Assembly (NCBI GenBank): GCA_018260615.1
Contig: JAGWDQ010000125.1
Coordinates: forward strand, 1-24,125
Direction of reading: 5' to 3'
Length of the DNA stretch: 24,125 nt
Source of the DNA: Candidatus Altarchaeum sp.
GTDB lineage: Archaea; Altiarchaeota; Altiarchaeia; Altiarchaeales; Altiarchaeaceae
In this document: piece after piece, positions 23,688 to 24,125 of the stretch
How positions within the stretch are numbered: the first letter of the stretch is position 1
Layout of the letters: every line of letters starts with the position of its first letter
Program-made: the position numbers and the translations under genes
Notes under the pieces: generated by a model
Seen by the model: only the letters and a program-made list of their open reading frames with translations
The model's database searches: none
Told to the model about the DNA's origin: nothing

Positions 23688-24125
23688 TCAATTTTTTCGT
23701 TTTTTCCTTTCAATAAAATTAATTGCATTCTTAATAATTTCTTTGCCATATATCAAATTAAATCTCTCAAGAACTTCAAGCGCTTCCCTTAAATAGATAA
23801 GTGCATTATCCAAATCCCCTTTATCCGAATAGATGATCCCGATATTTCCCAATTGATTTGCTTCACCCTGCTTATATCCGATTTCCCTGTCAATTTTTAA
23901 AGCATCCTGATGATATTTAAGTGCATTATCCAAATCCCCTTTATTTTTTAAGATGAGCCCGATATTTCCCAAGTCAGATGCTTCACCCTGCTTATATCCG
24001 ATTTCCCCGTGAATTTTTAAAGCATCCTGAAGATATTTAAGTGCATTATCCAAATCCCCTTTATCCGAATAGATGAGCCCGATATTTCCCAAGTCAGATG
24101 CTTCACCCTGCTTATATCCGATTTC
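23688..24125 (-). CDS. Tetratricopeptide-repeat protein (40-aa repeats), 5' end outside the window
   Basis: The frame is open to the window edge (EIGYKQGEASD-LGNIG...). Repeats of EIGYKQGEA..LGNIG.I...KGDLDNAL.Y...AL. Confidence 0.9.
   Translation of the reverse strand, partial: EIGYKQGEASDLGNIGLIYSDKGDLDNALKYLQDALKIHGEIGYKQGEASDLGNIGLILKNKGDLDNALKYHQDALKIDREIGYKQGEANQLGNIGIIYSDKGDLDNALIYLREALEVLERFNLIYGKEIIKNAINFIERKKRKN
23798..24125. repeat. 120-bp tandem repeat encoding the TPR units (~2.7 copies in window)
   Basis: TAAGTGCATTATCCAAATCCCCTTTAT recurs at 23798, 23918 and 24038. Confidence 0.95.

Noticed and set aside
23688-24125. Diversity-generating retroelement target in the TPR repeats
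   Set aside because: No reverse transcriptase is in the window, and differences between units are not restricted to adenines.

Overview
An AT-rich archaeal chromosome segment. Archaeal evidence: ribosomal protein L15e, a tRNA-Trp with a bulge-helix-bulge intron, a box C/D sRNA and an archaeal-type RibH. A Ca. Altiarchaeum-like host is my inference and is unverified. Left to right: the 3' part of a probable DDE transposase; an osmoadaptation block (mscS, mscS, trehalose-6-P synthase/phosphatase fusion) with a 2.1 kb non-coding nest of at least six MITE types and a covarying double-hairpin repeat between the two mscS genes; rpl15e and tRNA-Trp(CCA) followed directly by a box C/D guide predicted to methylate 16S C1402 and 23S U2552; a lumazine synthase fused to AT-hook motifs and a winged helix; a UPF0175 protein and a metallophosphoesterase; a type II R-M pair whose methylase carries a PspAA-like N-terminus; pspA-pspAA; an XRE-ImmA/IrrE peptidase with a DUF4411 PIN protein carrying an 86-aa insert; HisA-like, Zn-ribbon-AbrB, inactive PLD-like plus membrane protein, QueD-like, PC4-like and FdhD genes; and a TPR gene cut by the window edge. 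All family calls come from motif recognition by eye, with no database searches.
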